A DNA stretch of 60,000 bases from assembly GCA_030390025.1 (NCBI GenBank), contig CM059425.1, positions 171,060,001 through 171,120,000 of the forward strand. The letters run 5' to 3'. The position numbers were made by a program, and so were the translations under genes. Of this stretch, positions 49,566 to 60,000 are shown one piece after another. This DNA is from Squalus acanthias. Its lineage: Eukaryota. The notes beneath the pieces were generated by a model. The model worked only from the letters and a program-made list of their open reading frames with translations. It was not told the DNA's origin and searched no databases. Each line of letters opens with the position of its first letter. Positions within the stretch are counted from its first letter, which is position 1.

Positions 49566-52500
49566 ATGCCAATCAAATGGAGAAGGAAAAATTGGGTTGC
49601 GAGTCCACGTGAGATAGTTTTTGATTTTCAGTTTAAATTCACTCGAGATCTGCATCAGCTCGTTACACTAGTCCCACGTGAATCTCCCATTTCACAATTC
49701 CAAACAAATCCTAGGTGAGAGCTCGGAATTTTTATTTCAGAATCCAATCACATTAAGTAACTATTTAAACTGGGATACCTGCTGCTATTTCTACAGATTC
49801 ACCAAAATCCCAGTTGCTAGAACACATAAACATGCTAATTATTAACTTCCAGCTTAATACAGCAAAAACACAGCGATTCATAAAGTATGGAAAAAGAAAA
49901 GGCCATTCAGTCCATCAAGATTGTTCTTTCATCAGACCCGATCGTGGAGTTAAATGATTTTCAGACGGGAAGTTCTGTAGAATTTCTTCCTGACCCCAAA
50001 GTTAAGCAGCACATTCCCAGAATCCTATCTGCCAAACATCAGTTTTTCATGCGGTCATCAACGTTACTGGGGCTCAGTCGGTATGCTACCATTTGCTGAT
50101 ACGCATCAGTACAGACTCTCCTCAATGCCACTCCTAGTGCTAATGGAAGGAATTCCAGCTTTCAGACAGGAATTCTCGCAAGAACAGGAAATCCAGTATG
50201 CAGAATCTCTTCCATTAGCACTTGGAGGAGTGTTGAGGGGATAAGGGTCCAGTCCAACAGCAGCCAGACATGGGTAGGAGTGTGACTGAGGGGAAAATTG
50301 ATGGTAATTAAGGGGAGCAGGAAGGGAGAACGGAGGGGGGAGAGATGGTGAATGGAAATGGAGGGAAGAGAGAAAGGTAACTAGTCCAGTATCTAAGGGC
50401 CGGGCATTAGAAGGAAGCCTCCGGGCTAACATACCATTAACTAGTTTAGTGGGGAGTCAGTTCCACTACTCTTTCTGAAAAATGATTGTCCTCCAATTCC
50501 TAGTCTCACTTGAGCCTCGTTATACTGTCAATGTGTTCTGGGATCTTGTAGCTCGGCATTCATAGTCCAAGTTAAACAATCTGTTTACATCCACATCATT
50601 TTCAAAACCGGGATCAAATCCCTTTTAATCATCTTTTCTGCAATAAAATCAAGTGTTAGAGGCCCAGAACCATGTGTACCATTGTAACTGCAATGAAAGT
50701 GCGACGGTCCACTGAGGCACCAGTGAAAACTATCTTTCTAATGTCAATGTTAATAGGTAATCTAGATACATGTAGGGACAGGGACTCCAGTTTAAAAATG
50801 AGAAATCATCTAACCTTTTGTGCCTACACACCCATACTGGCATCACACCGGCTCTGGAGAGCTGTGTACTGTTCTGCTCGGACACAGGATAAGAGCTGTG
50901 CTGATACGTCTCCAGAATACACAATCCAGCAGTGTTCATAACACTTGTCTATGCACGCTCAATCCATACTTGAATCACTCTAGATTTCTGAGAATCTATT
51001 ATTTAATTTTCTGCTTAAATGGACAGTGTCACCTCACTAGCGAGCTTCATTACAGCCTGCTACACTATTGGGCCGCCATACTGCCACTGATCTAAAGCTG
51101 CCTCAGCATAAATTACTCCAAAGCACTTTTCAGGTTGCTTGAATTCCAATGATTTAAAGAAAAGTAAATGTGAAAAATATTCACATAATCTGGGCAACCA
51201 GATCAGTGAAAAAACTATGTCACTGCACCCGCTACTGGGATTTCGGATTCCCGTTGTGTAGATAGGATTTGTGCCCACCGCATGGCCATGCTGTGCTGCT
51301 GGATCCAAACGATTTTCCAGGGTCGAGTTAATTGGCTAATTTACAATTCTTTACCAGCAAGCTCCGAGCAGGATTCCTGCATTCATTAGGGATCTACCTC
51401 CCGGGGAAAGAGAAAATGGCTGCTGCAGGCCTTGGGCACCTGCTACAGGGTAGCGTGGCTAGCAGCCTCTGGGGAGGAGAATCCCACCTTGACCAGTGCA
51501 ATTTATCCGCACACGTTTGTCTACTACATTGACATCAGAAAGCAACCGATTTGCACCAGACAAAGTGGGTCCTTTAAATTTTAACGCCCATCTTCCCTCC
51601 TTGGCAACCCTGGTTGCCAAGAACACCGTGGTGTTCCAAGCGCCCAGCACTGCCATGGTGCAAATGCTGGGATGCATGTCGTATAAAATATTCTCATTTG
51701 TGTATCTTTTGAATACATCTGCTCATATTAAGGTGGACATATTAATAATCCATGTCACCTCTGGCAGAAAATCCCGGAAGTGACCCAGGGCCGCGGAAAG
51801 CTGACGGAATGATTGATTTTCCATCCCCGTAGGGAACATAACTCCATTGGAATATCCCAGCTACCTCTGCTTACTCATCTGCTATAATAGTCAAGAGGAG
51901 GATTTAGTTTGTGAAAATACAATTTTAAAAAATGGCCTTTGCACAGTTAAGTACTTTTTCTACCCACGGTAACATCTCTTTAACCCGAGGTGGAACTTTC
52001 CAGTTTTTGCAATTATTTCTGATCTTCCTTCACTCGAACGAAAGCAATGACTTTTTTACCATGATTGTCCTCACCACCCCCTCCCCCTCCCCCTCCCATT
52101 AGCAATGCAGTGAGCCATGACAGATTTGTAAAGAATGCAGACTTTAGACAGCGAGTCAGCAGTTGATATTGGCATTTTAGCCATTCCATGTGAGCACTCA
52201 GACTTTCAGCGAGCAGTTAGTTAGCTGTGGGCCATTAATGTGCTACACTGATGTTTTACAATAATTGCATCACAACCTGAGAGGGAAGGAACAAAAAGTG
52301 TGAAAGGATGTACTAAACAGCAATGATTTGTGCCACACCTAACACCTCCCTGGCCTTCTGACCAATGGTGTTCTGGTCTCTACAGATCACCACCTCATCC
52401 TTCAGTCCAAACTTTGTCATACAAGAGAGAAATGCCTGGCATCAACCTAGGCAGTGCACAGCCAGCTGCCTTTAACGAAGGCCATAAAACAAGCTTGTTC

Positions 52501-52853
52501 CCTTGTCCCATTATCCTCAGAGCTAATTGATTTTTCAGCAAACTGCTACCTGCCCATCAGTGACTTGAGTCATTAACACCTCTGCAGTGACTGAGTAGAG
52601 ACTGCTGTTCCACACCGAGTCCTGATGGGCTGAAAATCCAGTGAAAGGGATGAAGTAATTCTTGGCTGTCAGCAGCTTCATCCTGTTACCATCACCATTC
52701 CACTCATACCCCTGTGATTGAATCCAACACTGGACTCCATTTCCAATGAACAAATCACTTCAGTAACACACAAAACTGCTTTGAAGTTATAGAATCATAG
52801 AATGGTTACAGCACGGAAGGTGGCCATTCGGCCAGTCGAGCCCATGCCGACTT

Positions 52854-55660
52854 TCAGCTAATCCCACTCCCCTGCCCTTTCCCGTAACCCTGAAAATGTT
52901 TTTCTTTCAGATACTTATCCAACTCCCTTTTGAAAGATAAGATTGAGTCTGCCTCCACCACCCTTTCAGGCAGTGCATTCCAGATCTTAACCACTCGCTG
53001 TGTAAAAAAGTTTTTTCTTACGTCGCCTTTGATTCTTTTGTCAATCACCTTAAATCTGTGTCCTCTGGTTCTCGACCCTTCTGCCAATGGAAACAGTTTC
53101 TCTCTATCTACTCTGTCCAGGCCCCTCATGATTTTGAACACCTCTATCAAATCTCCTCTCAATATTCTCTGCTCCAAGGAGAACAACCTCAGCTTCTCCA
53201 GTCTATCAACGTAACTGAAGTCCCTCATTCCTGGAATCATTCTCGTAAATCTTTTCTGCACCTTCTTTAAGGCCTTCACATCCTTCCTAAAGTGTGGTGC
53301 CCAGAATTGGACACAGTACTCCAGTTGGGGCCGAAACAGTGTTTTATACAGGTTCATCACAATTTCCACACTTTTGTACTCTATACCTCTATTTATGAAT
53401 TCTCAGGATCCCGTAAGCCTTTTTAACTGCTTTCTCAAACTGCCCTGCCATCTTCAATGATTTGTGCACATATACCCCCAGGTTTCTCTGTTCGTGCACC
53501 CCCTTTAGGATTGTAGCATTTAGTTTATATGTCCTCTCCTCATTCTTCCTACCAAATTGTATAATTTCACACTTTTCTGCGTTAAATTTCATCTGCCACG
53601 TGTCCACACATTTTACCAGCCTGTTTATGTCTTCCTGAAGTCTATGACTCTCCTCCTCACTGTTCACTATACTTCCAAGTTTTGTGTCATCTGCAAATTT
53701 TGAAATTGTGCCCTGTACACCCACGTCCAAGTTATTAATACATATCAAGAAAAGCAGTGGTCCTAGAACCGACCCCTGGGGAATACCACTGTATACCTTC
53801 CTCCAGTCCGAAAAACAACCATTCACCACTACTCTCTGTTTCCTGTCACTTAGCCATTTCCGTATCCATGCTGCCACTGTCCCTTTTATTCCATGGGCTT
53901 CAACTTTGCTGGCAAGCCTATTGTATGGCACTTTGTCGAACGCCTTTTGGAAGTCCATGTACACTATGTCAACCGCATTACCCTCATCAACCCTCTCTAT
54001 TACCTCATCAAAAAACTTGTTCAAGTTGTTTAAACACGATTTGCCTTTGACAAATTTGTGCTGGCTTTCCTTAATTAATCCACACCTATCCAAGTGACTG
54101 TTAATTTTGTCTCTGATTACCGTTTCTAAAAGCTTCCCCACTGTCCCCACAGGTTAAACTGACTGGCCTGTAGTTGCTGAATTTATCTTTACACCCTTTT
54201 TTGAACAAGGGTGTAACATTTGCAATTCTCTAGTCCTCTGGCACCACCCCCGTATCTATGGAGGATTGGAATATTATGGCCAGTACCTCCGCGATTTCCT
54301 CCCTCAATTCCCTCCCTCAATTCCCTCAGCATCCTAGGATGCATCCCATCCACTCCTGGTGACTTATCTACTTTAAGTACAGCCAGCCTTTCTATTACAT
54401 CTTCTTTATCAATTTTTATGCTATCAAGTGTCTCCACTACCTCCTCCTTCACTATGTCTATGGCAGCATCCTCTTCCTTGGTGAAGACAGATGCAAAGTA
54501 CTTGTTTAGTATCTCAGCTATACCCTCTGCCTCCATGCACAGGTCTCCTTTTTGGTCCCTAATCGGCCCCACCCCTCCTCTTACTACCCTTTTACTATTT
54601 ACATGCCTATAGAAGACTTTTGGATTACCTTTTATGTTGGCTGCCATTCTATTCTCATACCCTCTCTTTGTCCCTCTTATTTTCTTTTTCACTTCTCCTC
54701 GGACCTTTCTATATATAGCCTGATTCTCAGATGTATTTGCAACCTGACATCTGTCATACCTGCTCTTTTTCTGCTTCATATATTGGCTATCTGTTTCATC
54801 ATCCAGGGAGCTCTGACTTTAGTTGCCCCACCTTTCTCCCTCGTGGGAATGTACCTCAACTGTACCCGAACTATTTCCTCTTTAAAGGTAGCCCATTGTT
54901 CTATTACTGTTTTGCCTGCCAATCTTTGATTCCAGTTTACCCGGGCCAGATCCATTCTCATCCCACTGAAATTGGCCTTCCCCCCAGTTAAACATTCTTA
55001 CTCTAGATCGCTCCCTGTCCTTTTCTATAGCTAATCTAAACCTTATGATACTATGACCACTGTTCCCTAAATGTTCACCTGCTGACACTTGACCTACCTC
55101 ATTCCCCAGAACCAGATCCAGCAATGCCTCCTCCCTCGTCGGGCCGGAAACATACCGATCAAGAAAGTTCTCCTGAACACACTTCAGAAATTCTTCCCCT
55201 TCTCTGCCCTTAACACTATTATGATCCTAGTCTATATTAGGATAGTTGAAGTCCCCCATTATCGCTACTCTATAGTTCTTGCACCTCTCTGTAATTTCAC
55301 TGCAAATGCTCCTCCATATCTTTCCCACTATTTGGTGGTCTATAGAATACACCCAGTAGTGTAATGGCACCTCTATTATTTCTTAACTCTAGCCATATAG
55401 ATTCTGTCCTTGACCCCTCCAGGACATCCTCCCTCTCCAGCACTGTAACATTCTCCTTAACCAATACTGCCACACCACCTCCTATCTTTCCTGAACATCT
55501 TATAACCAGGAATATTTAATACCCAATCCTGCCCTTTTTTGAGCCAGGTCTCAGTTATTGCCACAACATCTTATTCCCATGTGGCTATTTGTGCCTGCAG
55601 CTCAATTACCTTGTTTAATACGCTTCGTGCGTTCACATACATACACTGTAAACTCATCTT
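52854..55660 (-). pseudogene. CR1 ORF2 (APE endonuclease + reverse transcriptase), frameshifted
   Basis: [83 protein letters not shown] and FFTQRVVKIWNALP. Confidence 0.95.
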
Positions 55661-55829
55661 AGACCATCCTGTATTCTCTCTCAGTTGGATCCCACCTAAT
55701 ACCTTACTATTTCTTATTTTAGTGCTCTCTGCCTCTCCAAATCCTTTGAGCACTTTATTTCCCCTTTCTAATGTTATTTCCCGGTGCCCATCCCCCTGCC
55801 AAATTAGTTTAAACCCTCCCCAACAGCAC

Positions 55830-56730
55830 TAGCAAACCTCCCCGCGAGGTTATTGGTTCCGGCCCTGTTGAGGTGCAACCCGTCCGGCCTGTACAGGTCC
55901 CACCTCCCCCAGAACCAGTCCCAATGCCCCAGGAATCTGAATCCCTCCCTCCTGCACCATCACTCCAGCCATGCATTCATTTGCTCTATCCTCCTATTTC
56001 TATACTCACTTGCCCGTGGCACAGGGAGTAATCCGGAGATTACTACCTTTGAGGTCCTGCTTTTTAATCTCTTTCCTAGCTCCCTAAAATCTGCCTGCAG
56101 GACCTCATGCCTCTTTCTACCTATGTTGTTGGTACCAATATGGACCACGACCTCTGGCTGTTGACCCTCCCCCCTCAGAATGTCCTGCAGCAGTTCAGTG
56201 ACATCCTTGACTCTGGCACCAGGGAGGCAACATACCATCCTGGAGTCACGTCTGGGGCCGCAGAAACGCCTGTCTGTTCCCCTAACTATCGAATCCCCTA
56301 CTACTATTGCTCATCCACTCTTCTTCCTTCCCCCTGTACAGCCAAGTCACCCGTGGTGCCGCGGACTTGGCTCTGGCTGCACTCCCCAGAGGAACCATCG
56401 CTCTCACCAATACTCAGAACTGAATACTGGTTGGAGAGCGAGATGCACTCAGGGGACTCCTGCACTACCTGCCTGGTCCTCTTTTTCTGTCTGGCGGTCA
56501 CCCATTCCCTCTCTGCCTGCGCACCCCTTATCTGTGGGGTGACCACCTCCTGAAACATGCTAGCCACGAAGCTCTCAGCCTCACAGATGCAACAGTGACG
56601 CCAGCTGCTGCTCGAGCTCCTCCAGCTGACGACACCTCCTGCACACGTGGTTGTCCAGGACATGGGAAGCATCCTGGATTTCCCACATGGCACAGGATGT
56701 GCATTCCACGGGACTGAGCTGCCCTGTCAT
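55830..56730 (-). pseudogene. CR1 ORF1 (CxxC..CxxC zinc finger + SGNH/GDSL esterase-like), disrupted
   Basis: ATG at 56730 gives MTGQLSPVECTSCAMWEI..HVCRRC; later VCCLPGARVKDV..VVVHIGTNNIG..VVISGLLPVPR. Confidence 0.88.
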
Positions 56731-56967
56731 GTCTTTACTTAGTAGACTATTAACTAACTTACAGAAACTTAAGACTAAATCAGATTCAAGTTATTATTAT
56801 AATATAACAGTTACTAATTTAATATAGTATTAACTGTTACTAATCTCCAAGTTTCTGCTTAATTCCAAGCCAGCTATCTAACTTGAAGAGCAAAAAAAAC
56901 AATGCGACCTTTACCAACCAATCAGTTACCAGCTATCCTGTGATGTCACGCCTGGATTTCTTTTTTT

Positions 56968-57141
56968 CTCTCCTCTCTGTTCCTGACCAGGTTTGCTGCT
57001 CTATGAGTCTGGGGCTTCTCTCCACCACTCCTTATATCCGGCTCTCCTCTCTGTTCCTGACCAGGTTTGCTGCTCTATGAGTCTGGGGCTTCTTTCCACC
57101 ACTCCTTATATCCGTCTCTCCTCTTGGTTCCTGACCAGGTT
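56968..57141. repeat. 74-bp tandem repeat (about 2.4 copies) upstream of CR1 ORF1
   Basis: TCCTGACCAGG starts at 56981, 57055 and 57129; the units are nearly identical. Confidence 0.92.
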
Positions 57142-58539
57142 CACTGTTCTGCGAGTTGTTAAACTCTCCCCGTTAACGCTCTCAGTACATTCTTTTTTAA
57201 ACAGTCTGTTCCAGTTTGCCTCCACCTGTCTAGTGTACCATGACTATAAGCCTATGCACAATTAGACTGAAGCGATGAGAACTATGAGGGGAATAAATCC
57301 CGGTGGTCTAACAATGCATTCACCAGAACATAAAATCCTACACGTTATAAATCAATAACTATGAAAAAAGAGATGCGTTGGTGTCATGTCTCCCTTCTGA
57401 CCTTCTGAGGTGAACAACAGGAACATTTCTGCACTGCTTTCTGTAATAGAAAGGGATTACAGTTCATTAACAAAAAGTGTTTTTAACAAAAAAAAATTCT
57501 ATAGCCACCCAGCTGACACTCGACAGTGGTAGGAGGCAGGTTCGGCTCTTCACATGGTGAGTTTTCAATCTCAGTTGTAATGATACTTCTCCTCGATGTG
57601 TATTATACAGCAACAGAATGAGGCAGCGACAACTGCTCGACAGTAGATCGCATTGCACAATGATTACTAGGATGAATTTGCTAGGCATCGAACTCTTGCC
57701 CGTTACACACAAAATAAGCAAAATATCTTTTTTTTACAAAAAATAAACAGAGCACATGTCAGGATAGTGGCGACAGAAGCTACTAGTGGCACAGCCTACT
57801 GGACTCAAGTCTGCAATACTTATAAATTATATTATCCGATGTCACTCACTGGTTTCCTTCCTGTAACTCTCACCAATTCCTGACATGATCCTCTCTATAG
57901 GAGCCCAGGCTCCATCCTCATATACATATGCTGTACATTCATGTCCATATACACAAGCACAAGATCTCAAACCTTTGTTTACGGTTTCTTATTTTCATGA
58001 TTTTACATGTTCGTTAGTGCAGGTGTAAAGGATTCATTAGTGTATTGGCTGATATGTATTTGGTCTATGCATTATGGGCAACTTAGGGATTTGAACCTTT
58101 AAGTTATCTCCCCATTTCATCCAACAAAGGCATGCACACAATTCCCCAAATCGACAGCACTCTCCATTGATTAAATATCCATGTAACAATCACATTTTTA
58201 CTCGTCACTTACGTTAAGCAAAACACAGAATTAATCAGGCACAAAGTTAATATAAATTATCCGCATACGCTTTTCTAACTTGGAATGAGACAAGCCAAAG
58301 ACAGTGGACATACCTACATGAGGACATCCCTAGATGAGGACATCTCACAAACAAGTGAAAATCCATCTCCATCTGACACAGTTAAAAATTCCAAACTAAG
58401 CTCTCATCAGTTAATAGACAAATATTCAGCAGATGGAAGGGTGGACAAGAGCTGAGCAGGGTCAGATGGGCTATTGGGATGACACAATTAACTAATAATA
58501 ACTTGGTCTGTTCGTTAAAGTCCAAAATAAAACTAAGCA

Positions 58540-58795
58540 GCCTTATGGAGTCTGATCCTCTGACATAACTCCTCGAACAAGTACTCATTGTTTCCTACAC
58601 TTCAGTTAGTTTCTTATCCATTCCCAGGGTTTACTCTGAATCGCCACAGGTTTGAGTTTAAATAATAGCTTTTCATGTGGAATTTTTGTCAAACGCCTTG
58701 TGTAAGTCAAGTTACACCATATCATAGGTCTTACCTACTTAGGTTATCACTTCCTCAAAGAAGTTGGCCAGGCAGGATCTGCTGTTAACTAGGTT
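58540..58795 (-). mobile_element. Very old CR1 RT remnant
   Basis: Minus strand FFEEVI..YDMV*LDLHKAFDKNS..KL; parallels 53900-54050. Confidence 0.55.
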
Positions 58796-60000
58796 ACTGT
58801 AGTACAGACCACAATCTACTGAAAAACCTGCAATGCCCAGTACTTTACCCAGTGCTATGTAGCTCAAAATGCTTTTCACAATCTAAGTTTTGAAGGATAA
58901 ATAGATCGAACTGTTAGGTATTTTTCACGGATCAACTGGACATAGTGCACAGATTTATAATGGCCATCCTTACATTTACTGAAATCCTAGTGACAACACA
59001 GCAACTGTCCAGTGCTCGTTACCACCAGCAGCACAATACAGTTCCGTGGCCTGCACAGAATTTGATCTTCATTTTTCTAAGCCAAGTACAAACCTGCAAG
59101 CTAGTCCTTGGAGAGTTTTAAATTGGGCCTACAGGCATGTATTAATTATCTACCATATTATTGTCTTAGCCTTCATGAAATCCTTAAATTGCAGTTTTTT
59201 TGTTACTATTTCCATTTCGCAGCAGTTCCTATAGATATGATTTCCCGTGGGAAAACTTTTTATGTAGCAGTTAAAATTTGTCAAGTCCATGTTGGAATCA
59301 GTGACAGTAATCCACAGACCGGAGTGTCGAATAACATTTAACTTGTGGAAAAAAGGCTGTGCGGGGAAACTTCACTTTCAAAATATTACCAACAGAAGTG
59401 TCTAGAGAGATAAGTCTGTTGTGATTACAGCACTAAAACCAATTAAACCAAGGAACAATAAATGCCTCTGCTTCTTCACTTTCACTGTAAATAAAACCAT
59501 TTAAAGTCTGATGGGTCTGATTTTATCTGGGCAACATAATTGGTATGGGCATGAGGAAAGGTATAGGGAAGCTGTGGCAACCACCCCGAAGAATCATTAT
59601 ATCCTGTGTACAGGTCAGACCAAGTCGCATGCAGTTGCTGCACTTGAAAATAATTAAATATTCATTTAATGTGCATATCATTTAACGCTGAGCCTTCACG
59701 AGCAGTTCCCATCTACTTTCACAAGCAAATCTCAGCCCCACTATGTGCCCTTTTAACATTCAGCACTTTAACATCCGATGCATTCAACAAGTGACTTCCC
59801 AATCTCAGCAATGGTGAGGAGAGCAGGAGAGAAGGGTATCCTCAAGCAGAGGCCAGGTTCTTGCTTCTGATAATCAGAGGGTCAGCTATTCCAGACCTTC
59901 TTTGTGTACTTTGTATTGGACCAAATATAGAGGTCAGGATCTAGCAGAGGGCGGGCAGCAGATCACCCACCTGCCCTCTCGGTCGAGGGAATGATCTGTG

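Larger units (their letters stand above)
52789..57190 (-). mobile_element. Near full-length CR1 LINE (HER1-like)
   Basis: 5' UTR with repeats, ORF1 (zinc finger + esterase), ORF2 (APE + RT), 3' hairpin and ATTCTATG tail. The 5' boundary is approximate. Confidence 0.95.

Noticed and set aside
50670..50761. Minus-strand exon-like LPINIDIRKIVFTGASVDRRTFIAVTM
   Set aside because: Weak donor, no partner exons and no recognised homology.
57505..57556. Plus-strand micro-exon with a TG|GTGAGT donor
   Set aside because: The acceptor lacks a polypyrimidine tract (A-run instead) and the peptide is unrecognised.
1..60000. Prokaryote-style system (operon, CRISPR array, defence island)
   Set aside because: The sequence is vertebrate repeat-rich DNA with no gene-dense ORFs. 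The 74-bp repeat has identical units and no unique spacers.

Overview
Repeat-rich eukaryotic vertebrate DNA, most likely a shark or other cartilaginous fish. This is inferred from SINEs resembling HE1 (V-SINE) and SacSINE1 (DeuSINE), recognised from memory rather than by a search. The window looks intronic or intergenic: I recognise no host gene, and nearly every long ORF in the track comes from a transposon or its antisense strand. It contains a near full-length decayed CR1 LINE (52.8-57.2 kb, -) and several truncated CR1 copies. There is also a nearly intact Penelope-like element (RT + GIY-YIG, 28.5-31.4 kb, +), a second Penelope-family fragment, L2 fragments, another CR1/L2-group LINE, four SINE families and many palindromic or TIR MITEs, often nested. 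The best-supported non-obvious signals are three minimal hammerhead ribozymes in Penelope termini, one inside a 226-bp insertion with a 14-bp TSD. Others are a 74-bp monomer array at the CR1 5' end, three SINE-LINE 3'-tail partnerships and GG-ended MITEs with 3-bp non-TWA TSDs. These belong to known classes; I cannot support a wholly new biological system. Boundaries of old repeats are approximate.
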